NCBI GenBank assembly: GCA_024229615.1
Contig: JAAESG010000001.1
Coordinates: forward strand, 907 to 64,906
Source: Gammaproteobacteria bacterium
GTDB taxonomy: Bacteria > Pseudomonadota > Gammaproteobacteria > GCA-001735895
Direction of reading: 5' to 3'
Length of the DNA stretch: 64,000 nucleotides
Made by a program: the position numbers and the translations under genes. Every line of letters begins with the position of its first letter. Position 1 is the stretch's first letter. Shown here piece by piece: positions 9,547-19,675 of the stretch. The notes beneath the pieces are model-generated. The model did not search any database. It saw nothing but the letters and a program-made list of their open reading frames with translations, and was not told where the DNA came from.

Positions 9547-10785
9547 CTATTCGATTACGACCAGACGTCGCGGCGCCTTGATCGGCAGTTCGGCGCTATC
9601 CTCCTTGAACAACAAGCTGCAGATATAGTAAGTGATCCCCGACATGCGTGGGCTGAAAAACTGGCTCTCGAAGTTGACGATGGTTCTGGGCTCAAAAACT
9701 TTTTCGGAATCTGAATGCGACATTTCATAGACAAAATTTCCGACCCAGTCCGGTGGAAACCCTATCCCCAATTCATAGCCACCTACCCAGCCCGCATCGG
9801 ACCAGATGCCGACATCATCGTAATACTGTCGGGCGCTGCGTACCAATTCTCCAACCGTCAACCCCGGTTTTAAAATATCGGCGATGACCGTAAACACACC
9901 TGACGACTTGTCGTGATACTCCATCACATCTTTGGGCGGTTCACCGAGATAAAACGAACGCGCCGCATTGGCGTGATAGCGCCAGTAGACGCCGCTGACA
10001 TCGACGTTAACCTGCTCGCCCTGCATGATCACCTTGCGACTCGCCAGGGAGTGGCCGGTATTGGCCTTCAGCCCGGATAGTACCGGCAGCGTGATCGCCG
10101 GGTTTTCACCACCGGCCTTCGCCATCGCATGAATCATTTCACCGTAGACGTCGAGTTCGGTAACTCCTGGCCGTATAGCATTCTTAGCCGCCTCGAGGCC
10201 GATATCCGTGATGCGCGCGGCGTGTTCGAGATATATGATTTCCTGGGGCGACTTGACCCAGCGCACTTCGCGCAGGATGTCGCTGCCATCGGTAACCGGG
10301 CATCCATTGCCTTCAAAAGCATTGCGAAATCTTGCACTGATGGCTGGATTCGGTCGGTAGCTGTAAAGCTCCATGCCGACCGTGCCACCGAGCCAACCCT
10401 CGGCTGCGAGTTCGTCCATGATGAAACCGATACCGTCGCGACGGTTATCGATCGGGAAGATACGAATATCCTTGGCGCAGGTCACGAAACGACACATGAC
10501 TTTTTCACTCGGTGTGTCGAACATGATGAAGTGGTCATGTTCGACATGTACCGCGATACCGCTCGTCGCCGGCCATTGTTTGGGACTTTGTGCCTGGTAC
10601 CATTCGCAGGTATAGCCACTGACATAGTAAAGACTTTCGGGCGCCGTCAACCAGAGTAGGTCGATGTTGTTGGCGGACATGTGTTTGCGTATCAAGCCGA
10701 GTCGGCTTTTGTACTCCGCCAGCGAAAACCCCAGTTCCATGGCTGGATTGCATTGTTCCAGTACCAGGCTACGGTTATGCCCCAT
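9547..10785 (-). CDS. M24 family metallo-amidohydrolase (creatinase / Xaa-Pro aminopeptidase / ectoine-hydrolase DoeA-like)
   Basis: Creatinase-type N-terminal domain plus C-terminal pita-bread domain with His/Asp/Glu metal ligands. GAGGGGA ribosome-binding site 8 nt before the ATG at 10785. Confidence 0.75.
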   Translation of the reverse strand: MGHNRSLVLEQCNPAMELGFSLAEYKSRLGLIRKHMSANNIDLLWLTAPESLYYVSGYTCEWYQAQSPKQWPATSGIAVHVEHDHFIMFDTPSEKVMCRFVTCAKDIRIFPIDNRRDGIGFIMDELAAEGWLGGTVGMELYSYRPNPAISARFRNAFEGNGCPVTDGSDILREVRWVKSPQEIIYLEHAARITDIGLEAAKNAIRPGVTELDVYGEMIHAMAKAGGENPAITLPVLSGLKANTGHSLASRKVIMQGEQVNVDVSGVYWRYHANAARSFYLGEPPKDVMEYHDKSSGVFTVIADILKPGLTVGELVRSARQYYDDVGIWSDAGWVGGYELGIGFPPDWVGNFVYEMSHSDSEKVFEPRTIVNFESQFFSPRMSGITYYICSLLFKEDSAELPIKAPRRLVVIE

Positions 10786-10899
10786 AACTTTAGTCCCCTC
10801 GCTTTTTATTGGTTGATTATCGAAAATTGGCCAAATGCGTTTAGAATATCAGGCTCGAATCCTTCTGTCAGAATGTAACTTTAATGGAGTGGAGAAATT

Positions 10900-12006
10900 A
10901 TGTCGGATCGACTGGCAGTATTTTTTGACGCATGCGTCTTCGACCACGATACCGGTCAGGGTTTTTTCGAAGCCAGGGCTTCACCCTATCTCCCGATTGT
11001 CGAAGCACATCCTGAAAATGACTTGCGTGCCCGGAATATGTATGGCGTGCTACAACATGGACCGATTGCCGAAGTGCTGGACTGGCATCAAGCAGAAATG
11101 GCCGAGAGGGTTGACCTGGAACGCTTTCATTCCGCGTCCTACATCGATGAACTCGAATCTATGGCAGATAACGAATCCTGCAGGATATCGGCAACCACGG
11201 TGTTTGGTCCTGGTAGTTATGATATTTGCCGAATGGCGACAGGTCTCGCTATCGCGGCTGCCAGTCACGTGTACACAGGCAAAGCAGCAGTTGCTTATGC
11301 GCTACTGCGACCGCCCGGGCACCATGCGCAACCGGAAATGGCCGACGGATATTGCTTTTTCAACAATATCGGTGTCGCGATCGAACATTTACGCGCGCAG
11401 GGATTGAAATCGGCCGCTGTCATCGACTGGGATGTGCATCATGGCAACGGTACCCAGGAGGGATTTTACCAGGACCCGGATATTCTGACGGCCTCGTTGC
11501 ATATGAATCACGGTGCCTGGGGTGCGACCCACCCGCAAAGTGGTGATATTGATGAAGCGGGTAAGGGTGCTGGGCTTGGCAAAAACATCAACCTGCCGAT
11601 GCCTTATGGTTCAGGTGACACGGCTTATCTCCGCGTATTTGATGAAATCATCGTTCCGATGGTGCGCGAGCATCGGCCAGAAGTCCTGTTTATCGCGAAC
11701 GGGCAGGACGCCAACCAGTTCGATCCGAATGGCCGCCAGCTACTCTCGATGGGCGGTTTTTATAAATTGGGCAAGCGTGCCAGGGTGTTAGCGGATGAAT
11801 GTTGCGACGGCAAAATGGTGTTGGTACAGGAGGGCGGTTATGCCATCAGTTACGCGGCCTATTGCCTGCATGCCTCGCTCGAGGGTGCGATTTACCGCGA
11901 GCCGAGTTTGCCGGATCCTCTGGTTTACATGCGGGAAGATACCGACGCGCTTGATGAATTTCTGAGGCGATTGAAACAGCGATATGCGATGGCGCTAAAG
12001 TGTTGA
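10900..12006 (+). CDS. histone-deacetylase-family amidohydrolase (AcuC / acetylpolyamine amidohydrolase-like)
   Basis: RPPGHHA and DWDVHHGNGTQ signature motifs of the arginase/deacetylase superfamily. GGAGTGGAGA ribosome-binding site. Confidence 0.8.
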   Translation: MSDRLAVFFDACVFDHDTGQGFFEARASPYLPIVEAHPENDLRARNMYGVLQHGPIAEVLDWHQAEMAERVDLERFHSASYIDELESMADNESCRISATTVFGPGSYDICRMATGLAIAAASHVYTGKAAVAYALLRPPGHHAQPEMADGYCFFNNIGVAIEHLRAQGLKSAAVIDWDVHHGNGTQEGFYQDPDILTASLHMNHGAWGATHPQSGDIDEAGKGAGLGKNINLPMPYGSGDTAYLRVFDEIIVPMVREHRPEVLFIANGQDANQFDPNGRQLLSMGGFYKLGKRARVLADECCDGKMVLVQEGGYAISYAAYCLHASLEGAIYREPSLPDPLVYMREDTDALDEFLRRLKQRYAMALKC

Positions 12007-12046
12007 ATCAATGCCGACCTCAACTCAGTCATGATGGAGAACTAAA

Positions 12047-13018
12047 TTGAAGCCAGTACTGGTAGTACAAGGGGCGCAGCAGATAGCTGACGTACCTCGA
12101 CTCGAGGAAATAAACGATCAGGTTGAACTGCGTTTCGCGACCACGGAGGATGAATTACGTGGAGCCTTGCCCGGCGCCGAAGTATTGCTGGGTTGGAACT
12201 TTCGCGCCGGTCTGCGCGCCGCCTGGAATAGCGCCAATGATTTACGCTGGATCCATTGGGCTGGAGCCGGGGTTGACGCCGCACTGTTTCCCGAACTGGT
12301 CGAAAGTAAAGTTCTGCTGACCAACGCGCGGGGGGTGTTCGATGTCCCAATGGCCGAATGGGTGCTTGGCATGACGCTTTGTTTTGCCAAGAAATTCCCT
12401 CAAAGCCTCGCTTTCCAGGCACGGTCCGAGTGGAATCACCGGCTTTCGGAATGCATAGCTGGAAAGCGTGTGCTGGTAGTCGGGGTAGGATCGATCGGGC
12501 GTGCGGTCGGACGCCTGTTGCGTGAGGCGGGTATGCAGGTCGAAGCCGTCGGACGCAGTGCGCGTGATGGCGATGCGGATTTTGGCCACGTCTATGCCGT
12601 GGATGAACTGCACGCGCGCCTGCCGCTTGCCGACTATGTGGTATTGATAACACCGTTAACGCCCAAGACGCGTAATCTCTTTGCTGCGGCTGAATTTGCC
12701 GCGATGGCGACCCATGCCCGATTCATCAATATCGGACGCGGTGCGCTGGTCGTGGAGGATGCGTTACTCGCCGCCCTGCACAACGGAGACATCGCGGGTG
12801 CCGCCCTGGATGTCTTTGTGAATGAACCCCTGGCTGCGGACAGCCCTTTCTGGACAGCGCCGAATTGTCTGGTTTCGCCGCATATGTCAGGTGATTATGC
12901 CGAGTTCGAAGAGGCTATGGCTGATCAGTTCATGACGAATTGGAACCGGTACAGACAGGGTAAGGCGCTCAACAATATCGTCGATAAAAACCTGGGTTTT
13001 GTGACAGGTTCGAACTAG
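12047..13018 (+). CDS. D-isomer-specific 2-hydroxyacid dehydrogenase, NAD-binding
   Basis: GVGSIGRAVG Rossmann motif and catalytic R/E/H pattern of the family. TTG start; stop TAG overlaps the first base of the downstream MITE. Confidence 0.8.
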   Translation: MKPVLVVQGAQQIADVPRLEEINDQVELRFATTEDELRGALPGAEVLLGWNFRAGLRAAWNSANDLRWIHWAGAGVDAALFPELVESKVLLTNARGVFDVPMAEWVLGMTLCFAKKFPQSLAFQARSEWNHRLSECIAGKRVLVVGVGSIGRAVGRLLREAGMQVEAVGRSARDGDADFGHVYAVDELHARLPLADYVVLITPLTPKTRNLFAAAEFAAMATHARFINIGRGALVVEDALLAALHNGDIAGAALDVFVNEPLAADSPFWTAPNCLVSPHMSGDYAEFEEAMADQFMTNWNRYRQGKALNNIVDKNLGFVTGSN

Positions 13019-13146
13019 CCTGAATATATCACCAGTCGGTCTCAAGCCTTGTCATAATTCATTGAATATGAAAGATTAACTGAAGGTTTTTATGCTCAGC
13101 GAGACTGTGCAACTTGTGACCGGCCTGAGCCCTATCCTGGCGCCGG
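13018..13146. repeat. MITE-like element, family 1, copy 3 (partial, inverse orientation, lacks the second terminal inverted repeat)
   Basis: GCCTGAATATATCACCAGTCGGTCTCAAGCC... is the reverse complement of the 3' half of copy 2; similarity ends near 13146. Confidence 0.55.
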
Positions 13147-13222
13147 CTTTCCCGTAGTGGAGAGCGGCAAAGGTTCGCTTTTCTCGGTTCTTCTTCTTTT
13201 ATCTCAGTGAGTTTTGACCGGC

Positions 13223-13552
13223 CTAGTTCCTGTAACAATCCGGCAGCGCGTAGCTGTCGCCGAGAAATTCACCGAACACTTCGGTTACCTGTGGGTGATT
13301 GACGGGCTCGCCACTTTCATCGATCAGCAGATTCTGTTCCGACACGTAAGCCTCGTAAGCCGCCGATTCGTTTTCGGCCAACAGGTGGTAAAACGGCTGG
13401 TCCTTACGCGGCCGAACTTCCTCCGGAATCGATAACCACCATTCCTCTGTGTTACTGAATTCAGGGTCGACATCGACGATGACACCGCGAAATTCGAAGA
13501 TGCGGTGTCTGACCACCTGGCCGATTGCAAACTGTGTACTGGTTATACTCAT
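13223..13552 (-). CDS. hspQ: heat-shock protein HspQ (YccV-like hemimethylated-DNA-binding fold)
   Basis: FAIGQVVRHRIFEFRGVIVDVDPEFS... closely parallels E. coli HspQ ([26 protein letters not shown]). Confidence 0.8.
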   Translation of the reverse strand: MSITSTQFAIGQVVRHRIFEFRGVIVDVDPEFSNTEEWWLSIPEEVRPRKDQPFYHLLAENESAAYEAYVSEQNLLIDESGEPVNHPQVTEVFGEFLGDSYALPDCYRN

Positions 13553-13626
13553 GCTTCAGATATAGTTGTAAAATCAATTATATCAATGCTTTTATCACCC
13601 ACATTCGAACTGTTTCACAGCGCTGG

Positions 13627-14517
13627 CTAGTCTAAACCGATTTTTTTACGCGCTTCATCGGGTCCCAGGACGCGGGCGCCGAGGCGTTCAATAATCTCGA
13701 CTGCACGCTCGACCAGCATGCCATTGGTCGCAAGCACACCTCGATCGAGATAGATGTTATCTTCCAGGCCGACGCGCACATTGCCGCCGAGCAGCACTGC
13801 CTGTGCCACCATCGGCATCTGCATTCTGGAGATACCAAACCCGGCCCAGATCGAATTCTTCGGCAGTGCCTGCTGCATTGCCACCATCGTAGCGGTGTCC
13901 GCACCCGCGCCCCAGGGGATGCCCAGACAGATCTGAAACATCGGTGGCGCATCGATCAAGCCATCATCGATCACGCTACTCGCGAGGCGTATCTGCCCGA
14001 GATCGAAGACTTCCAGTTCGGGTTTGACGGCGAGCTCCTGAACCATCTGCGCCATGCGGCGTAAATAGGGTGCGGTATTGATGTAGGTGTAATTGCCGCC
14101 GAAATTCATCGTACCGCAATCAAGACTGCAAATATCGGGTTTACATTCGACGACGTGTGCGAGGCGTGCTTCCGGTCCAATCATATCGGTACCGGGCCCC
14201 GGCAGAGAAGGGTCCTCCTCGCTCGGCACCCAGTCTCCACCCATGCCGGCTGTCAGATTGATAATCATGTCAACACCGCTGTCGCGGATCATCTCCACGG
14301 CTTCCTTAAACAGTGCCGGATCGCGAGAACCCTGGCCGGTTTGGGGGTCGCGTACGTGAACGTGAACTACCGCCGCTCCCGCTCTGGCGGCTTCGATAGC
14401 GGCATCTGCCACCTGGCGCGGTGTGATCGGTACCAGATTGCTGCGGCTGGTAGTGTCGCCGGCACCCGTGATGGCGCAGGTAATGATGACATCTTGATTC
14501 ATATGCGATTCCCCCAA
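13627..14517 (-). CDS. beta-keto-acid cleavage enzyme (BKACE / DUF849; 3-keto-5-aminohexanoate cleavage enzyme family)
   Basis: [15 protein letters not shown]-terminus and TIM-barrel BKACE pattern. Confidence 0.8.
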   Translation of the reverse strand: MGESHMNQDVIITCAITGAGDTTSRSNLVPITPRQVADAAIEAARAGAAVVHVHVRDPQTGQGSRDPALFKEAVEMIRDSGVDMIINLTAGMGGDWVPSEEDPSLPGPGTDMIGPEARLAHVVECKPDICSLDCGTMNFGGNYTYINTAPYLRRMAQMVQELAVKPELEVFDLGQIRLASSVIDDGLIDAPPMFQICLGIPWGAGADTATMVAMQQALPKNSIWAGFGISRMQMPMVAQAVLLGGNVRVGLEDNIYLDRGVLATNGMLVERAVEIIERLGARVLGPDEARKKIGLD

Positions 14518-15028
14518 TAGTATGATCGATTATTCAATTTTCGGATTTTGTTTTATTTTGGTGATTTTGACCAGACCTTCATTCATTTACAATGGCTCCA
14601 GGCACTTTATCATTAATCATGTCACACCGGGTTTTGCGATTCTGTTTGCATCCGAAACGGTGGGTCGTGCTGCCGATGTTGTGATCTGGACCTGTCTTTC
14701 ATTTCGATAATCATCGAGAAACTGTCCAACATTCGCCAGGGTGCCAGCGTTTTTCGTGGTATCCGGATGGTGACAAAGACGGTCGCGCCGAGGCCAGTCG
14801 CGGCGATGAAGCTGCCGCCCTGAATCGTGACGGTTTTAGGTCGGGATACATTCATTGCGCAGTTCTTACTGAGTTCGATTTCGAACAATGCAGTGCGAAA
14901 TCGAACTAAAATCAATCAATTTATTTTCTATCCCGCTTTGGTGGATGATAGTCGGTGAAACAGGAAAAAAAACACTCCCTGATAGGCTGAGTTATAGTAG
15001 GCATTCAGCATCAAACCAATGTTAATAA

Positions 15029-16267
15029 GTGTCAAATCTGCAACTTAACCTGCGGTTGTATCCCTGGTTCCGTGCCGCTTCCGACGGGCATGCCTGGATT
15101 ACCGTGTTCTTTTTGTACATGAGCCAGCGTCTACCGCTGGACCAGGTGATTCAGCTTTCGGCGGTGTACTACCTGTCTGCTTTTATTCTTGAAGTACCAT
15201 CAGGATATTTTTCGGATCGCATAGGACGTCGCACGACATTATTGATGGCCGCGTCTGCACTAATTCTTGCCTATTTATGCTTTATCATCGGTGCGGGTTA
15301 CTGGTGGTTTGCAGCCGGTCAGTTTCTGCTCGCGGCGGGTATTGCGATGCAATCGGGAACGGATACTGCCTTGCACTACGATTCACTCAAGGCGCTGGGA
15401 CGCGAAAGCGAGTATGCCCAGCGTGAAGCTAACGCGGAACAGTGGGGTTTGATCATGCTTGCCATAGCGACCATCGCCGGTGGTGTGCTGGGTTTGATCG
15501 ATCTACGCCTGGCGTATGTATTTTCCTTATGCAGTGCGCTTACGATGGCCGTGCTGGTATGGCGATTTGCCGAACCCATGCATGCGCAAGAGACAACGGC
15601 TTTACCGCAAAGCTTCACTGCGGTTGTACTGAGTTGCCTGGCCAGATTGCGCGATCCATTGCTTGGCTGGATTCTTCTCGTCGTTGTCGTGTTATACGCG
15701 TTGGCGCATATCGTTTACGAGCTTTACCAACCTTATATTTCACTACTGCAATTGCCGGTCTTTGCGGCGTCGTCTTATGCTCCGCTCATTTCGGGAGTGG
15801 TCATTTCGATTTCGATGTTTGGCGGCGCCCTTGGTGCCAGGGCCAGTATTTCGTGGCAATCACGGCTGGGGCTGGTCGGGATACTGGCGGTGGCGATGTT
15901 GATTCAACTCGGTATCGTCGCGGCTATGGCGATCGCTGTGAGTCCTCTTGTGCTGGCGCTCGTCTGCCTGCGGAATTTCCCGATGGCGCTGGTGCACGCG
16001 CCGGTCAGGGCCGCAATTGCACCGCGCATAACGCGCGCTCAGCGCGCGACCTACCTGTCCTTACAGGGTCTGTTCGAGCGACTGTTTTTTGCCCTGTTGC
16101 TGCTTGGGCTGTCCTCGGGGCTGGAGCGGGGTGCCGCGGTGTCAGAACCGACATTGCTGAATATTCTGACATCGACGCTATGGATCGGAATTGCGCTGGC
16201 AGTGGCGTTGTTTATATTTTCGAGCAGGATTCGGCGGGTGCTGAAAGTAAAACCGCAGGCCGAGTGA
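15029..16267 (+). CDS. MFS transporter
   Basis: 12 predicted TM helices; MFS motif region SDRIGRR between TM2 and TM3. Start uncertain (GTG 15029, ATG 15119). Confidence 0.75.
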   Translation: MSNLQLNLRLYPWFRAASDGHAWITVFFLYMSQRLPLDQVIQLSAVYYLSAFILEVPSGYFSDRIGRRTTLLMAASALILAYLCFIIGAGYWWFAAGQFLLAAGIAMQSGTDTALHYDSLKALGRESEYAQREANAEQWGLIMLAIATIAGGVLGLIDLRLAYVFSLCSALTMAVLVWRFAEPMHAQETTALPQSFTAVVLSCLARLRDPLLGWILLVVVVLYALAHIVYELYQPYISLLQLPVFAASSYAPLISGVVISISMFGGALGARASISWQSRLGLVGILAVAMLIQLGIVAAMAIAVSPLVLALVCLRNFPMALVHAPVRAAIAPRITRAQRATYLSLQGLFERLFFALLLLGLSSGLERGAAVSEPTLLNILTSTLWIGIALAVALFIFSSRIRRVLKVKPQAE

Positions 16268-16279
16268 AACACTCGGCCT
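16258..16279. terminator. hairpin overlapping the MFS stop codon between convergent genes
   Basis: GGCCGAGTG-aaa-CACTCGGCC; no strong U-run, so weak. Confidence 0.35.
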
Positions 16280-16361
16280 GCAGGTTAGATCTCTGCATTA
16301 GTGAGCACCGATATTAGCGGCGTAGTGTCAGTAATGCTATGGCCACGCTGACATCGAAGGA

Positions 16362-17039
16362 TCAGGAATCTTCCGTAATCGGGATTAAAGAAAGTTCTAC
16401 GCGGCGATTCAGACGCCTGCCTTCTGCGCTAGAATTATCTGCAATCGGTGTGTCTTCACCAAAGCCGACACCTTCGACCCTGGCTTCGATGATTCCTTTT
16501 GATAACAGGTATTGCGCCACAGAATCAGCACGTCTTTCCGACAGGGCCTGGTTGTATTCCTCCGATCCTTTGCTGTCCGTATGGCCCGCGGAGACGATGA
16601 TGGTTTTATCAAATTCCTGTAATACCAGTACGACAGAATCCAGGACTTCGTGGAAGCTGTCATTGAGATCGTGACCCGCGGTTACGAAGGTGATATTTCC
16701 CGGCATAATGAGGTTGATGTTGTCGCCGTCGCGCTCTACGCTAACGCCGGTAGCGCGCAGGGTTTTCCTGAGTTCTGCCTCCTGGGTATCCATGTAATAG
16801 CCAATTCCACCACCCGCGATGGCACCGATACCTGCGGCCTGGAGCATGCGCTTCTTACGCTTTTTACTGCTTTCATCCTTGTTTTTAAGATAGGCGAGGA
16901 CCGCACCGACACCCGCACCAATGCCGGCACCCTTGGCGGTATTCGAGGTCTTTTGCTCACCGGTATAAGCGTCAAAGGTTTCGCATCCGGTTAGGACCGT
17001 CAGGCTGAATACGGTGAGTACAATGAATAGTTTTCCCAT
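16362..17039 (-). CDS. OmpA-family lipoprotein with glycine-zipper segment (YiaD-like)
   Basis: Lipobox LTGC. Gly-zipper GAGIGAGVGAVLA. C-terminal OmpA-like peptidoglycan-binding domain (...NQALSERRADSV...NRRVEL). Confidence 0.8.
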   Translation of the reverse strand: MGKLFIVLTVFSLTVLTGCETFDAYTGEQKTSNTAKGAGIGAGVGAVLAYLKNKDESSKKRKKRMLQAAGIGAIAGGGIGYYMDTQEAELRKTLRATGVSVERDGDNINLIMPGNITFVTAGHDLNDSFHEVLDSVVLVLQEFDKTIIVSAGHTDSKGSEEYNQALSERRADSVAQYLLSKGIIEARVEGVGFGEDTPIADNSSAEGRRLNRRVELSLIPITEDS

Positions 17040-17152
17040 GATGTTTTCCAGTGGTGAATCGCGATTAAAGATGAATAGACGAGGCGGATTATAGGCAATT
17101 TTGAGAGGCCTGAATTGACTATTATTTCACAAAGCCTGTGATAGTGTGAGCT

Positions 17153-17479
17153 TCACTCGAGCGAGGGAATCTTGTAGGTTTCCAGGTCGATGGAGATCAA
17201 TCTCATGCCGGCCAGAATCAATTTTCCGTGGTAACGCCGATCGCCGGTCGACGCGAACTCAAAAACGTAGCTACGTCGGAATGTCAAACCTCCGCGTCCG
17301 TCGCGCATGGCCGAGAAGCCAGTAATCACCATGCTGTCGTCGAGAAACTGCAATTCGAGTTGCTTGCAGTGTTGAATCGCAAGTTCACGTGCGCGACCCT
17401 TGTATACACCGCTTTGCCACCAGTACAGGGCAGCGGTACCGAGTAGTACCAGGCAGAGCAGGTTAGTCAAACTGAACAT
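17153..17479 (-). CDS. DUF3301 family small membrane protein
   Basis: N-terminal TM helix then conserved ...QLLDD..V...R..R...F.F... pattern typical of DUF3301. Confidence 0.55.
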   Translation of the reverse strand: MFSLTNLLCLVLLGTAALYWWQSGVYKGRARELAIQHCKQLELQFLDDSMVITGFSAMRDGRGGLTFRRSYVFEFASTGDRRYHGKLILAGMRLISIDLETYKIPSLE

Positions 17480-17566
17480 GAAGGTCTGTTTTAGTCCGGG
17501 TTCAGAAAATACATGATTGTAACTGTTGAGTAGTCATGCTCCCCGGTGCGCATAAATCGGGGTGGA

Positions 17567-18337
17567 TTACACCCCGACCGGGTCAATCGCCTTAACGATC
17601 GTTTGCATCTTGTTGGCGGCAATCTCGCTACCGTCATCTCGTTGCCACTCGATGTACTGCGAGCAAAACGCCGCCACTTCGGCCTTGCCCGAGAGAGCAT
17701 TGAGGTCATTTGATGTGCGTACGCCAAAGCCGACGGCGAGTGGCAGGTCCGTGTGTTTGCGAATTTCGGCGATATAATTCTGAAACTTTTCACCCCATTG
17801 CGTTTCATGACCGGTGACTCCCATGCGCGATACGACGTAAATCATGCCGCGTGACGCCCGGGTTATCCGTTCGACGCGTTCTGCTGCGGTATTGGGCGTC
17901 ACCATCAATATGGGTGCGAGACCCAATTCATCGAGCTTCGGTAACCAGGGTTCAATTTCTTCAACCGGCCAGTCGGGCACGATCATACCCTGAATTCCAA
18001 CCGCTGCGGCTTTTTCAAACAAAGCCTGTAAACCGTAGCGATACAGGGGGTTCAAGTAGCTCATCAAGACAAAAGTCACCTCAGGGTGACGAGCGCAGAC
18101 CTTCTCCGCCAGATCCAGTGTGGCCTTGACTGAACCGCCCTGCTTCAGCGCTTCGTAACAGGCGTTGACCAGGGTATGGCCATCGGCCACCGGATCGCTG
18201 AACGGCACCTGCAGTTCGATCAATTTAACACCCGCCACAGCCAAGCCGGCGATCGCTTTCTCATTTTCCTCGAGACTGGGGAAGCCGATGACCGCATGTG
18301 ACATGATTTGCAAGGTTTCATACTGTGCTGGAAACAT
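17567..18337 (-). CDS. trpA: tryptophan synthase alpha subunit
   Basis: LIELQVPFSDPVADG and GFGV...signature. Start moved to MFPAQYETL (ATG 18337), 2 nt after the trpB stop. Confidence 0.9.
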   Translation of the reverse strand: MFPAQYETLQIMSHAVIGFPSLEENEKAIAGLAVAGVKLIELQVPFSDPVADGHTLVNACYEALKQGGSVKATLDLAEKVCARHPEVTFVLMSYLNPLYRYGLQALFEKAAAVGIQGMIVPDWPVEEIEPWLPKLDELGLAPILMVTPNTAAERVERITRASRGMIYVVSRMGVTGHETQWGEKFQNYIAEIRKHTDLPLAVGFGVRTSNDLNALSGKAEVAAFCSQYIEWQRDDGSEIAANKMQTIVKAIDPVGV

Positions 18338-18339
18338 GA

Positions 18340-19599
18340 TTAGTGACCTCCCTTTTGTGCCAGTAACTCGGTGGAGCGGGCAGCCTCGCGCTGCAGGAAC
18401 TCGGTCCATTCGCGTTGTGGGAAGGCGCGCGCGATGTTGAAAATATCCTTGTCGCCGCGGCCACTCAGGTTGATCACGACATTCTGCTCCGGGCGCATCG
18501 ATTTGGCGCGCTTGAATCCACCGGCGAGTCCATGCGCCGATTCCAGCGCCGGAATAATACCCTCGGTTTTCATTAGCAGGCTGAAGGCTTCGGTTACTTC
18601 ATCGTCGGTGGCCGAATCAGCGATAACACGACCCTGTTGCGACAGGTAGGCAAGAATGGGTGAAACTCCGACATAGTCGAGTCCCGCTGCGATGCTGTGT
18701 GTATCTCCGAGTTGTCCATCATCGTTTTGCAGGAACAGGGTCTTATATCCCTGTGCGATTCCGGTTTCCCCGGTTCCCTGTGACAGGCGAACCGAATGCT
18801 TGCCGTCTTCGAGGCTGATGCCGCCCGCTTCTATTCCAACCAGTGCAACTTCGGGATTTTCAAGAAAAGCGCCGAAAGCACCCATCGCATTCGAGCCGCC
18901 ACCAACGCAAGCGACGACCTCGTCGGGTAAGCATCCCATCTGACGTATCGACTGATCCTTGATCTCATCGCCGATGACACTTTGAAAGTATGACACCAGT
19001 TCGGGAAAGGGCGCCGGCCCGCAGGCAGTACCTAGTACGTAGTGAGTTGTTTCAACCGATGCCGCCCAGTCACGCAGGGCTTCGTCGAGCGCTTCCTTCA
19101 GGGTTTGTGCACCCGTGGATACGCCAACTACGTCGGAACCGAGTTGACGCATCCAGAATACGTTCGAGTACTGCCGTTCAATGTCTTCTGCGCCCATGTA
19201 TATGGTCGCATTGAGCCCAAGCCGTGCTGCCATTATTGCGGTCGCCAGACCGTGCTGGCCGGCACCGGTTTCGGCGATAACACGTTGTTTACCCATACGC
19301 TGCACGAGCAAGCCCTGGCCGAGAACGTTATTGACCTTGTGCGCGCCGGAATGATTCAAATCCTCGCGTTTGAGCCAAATCTGGGCGCCACCGAGTTGTT
19401 TTGATAGACGACGTAGTGGAGTCAATGGTGTCGGCCGACCGCTGAATTCCTGGGTCAGGGTCACGTATTCCTGCCAGAAGGCGGGATCGTCACGCAGTTC
19501 AAAGAACAAATCCTCGAGTTCGGTCAGCGCGGGTAACAGGATTTCGGGGACAAAGCGCCCTCCGAACTCACCAAAATAGCCATTTTCACTGCGTATCAT
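18340..19599 (-). CDS. trpB: tryptophan synthase beta subunit, with ~25-aa C-terminal extension
   Basis: GYFGEFGGRFVPE, HxGAHKVNN, GGGSNAMG motifs. ATG 19599 preceded by GGAGACCGTG. Confidence 0.9.
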   Translation of the reverse strand: MIRSENGYFGEFGGRFVPEILLPALTELEDLFFELRDDPAFWQEYVTLTQEFSGRPTPLTPLRRLSKQLGGAQIWLKREDLNHSGAHKVNNVLGQGLLVQRMGKQRVIAETGAGQHGLATAIMAARLGLNATIYMGAEDIERQYSNVFWMRQLGSDVVGVSTGAQTLKEALDEALRDWAASVETTHYVLGTACGPAPFPELVSYFQSVIGDEIKDQSIRQMGCLPDEVVACVGGGSNAMGAFGAFLENPEVALVGIEAGGISLEDGKHSVRLSQGTGETGIAQGYKTLFLQNDDGQLGDTHSIAAGLDYVGVSPILAYLSQQGRVIADSATDDEVTEAFSLLMKTEGIIPALESAHGLAGGFKRAKSMRPEQNVVINLSGRGDKDIFNIARAFPQREWTEFLQREAARSTELLAQKGGH

Positions 19600-19642
19600 C
19601 ACGGTCTCCGGTGGTCTTATCGTGTTAATAAGATGACATAAA

Positions 19643-19655
19643 CTAAACGGTTTAG
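19643..19655. promoter_or_regulatory. perfect 13-bp palindrome CTAAACGGTTTAG in the trpB/TetR divergent intergenic region; candidate TetR operator
   Basis: Seen directly. Lies between the trpB start (19599) and the TetR start (19676/19694). Confidence 0.4.
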
Positions 19656-19675
19656 TATAGTTTGCATAAATCTCA

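Noticed and set aside
9547-12006. Canonical ectoine degradation module (doeA-doeB)
   Set aside because: The M24 enzyme is DoeA-like, but the neighbouring deacetylase is of the HDAC/AcuC family rather than the DoeB (succinylglutamate-desuccinylase/aspartoacylase) family, and there is no doeC/doeD. I therefore did not call it doe.
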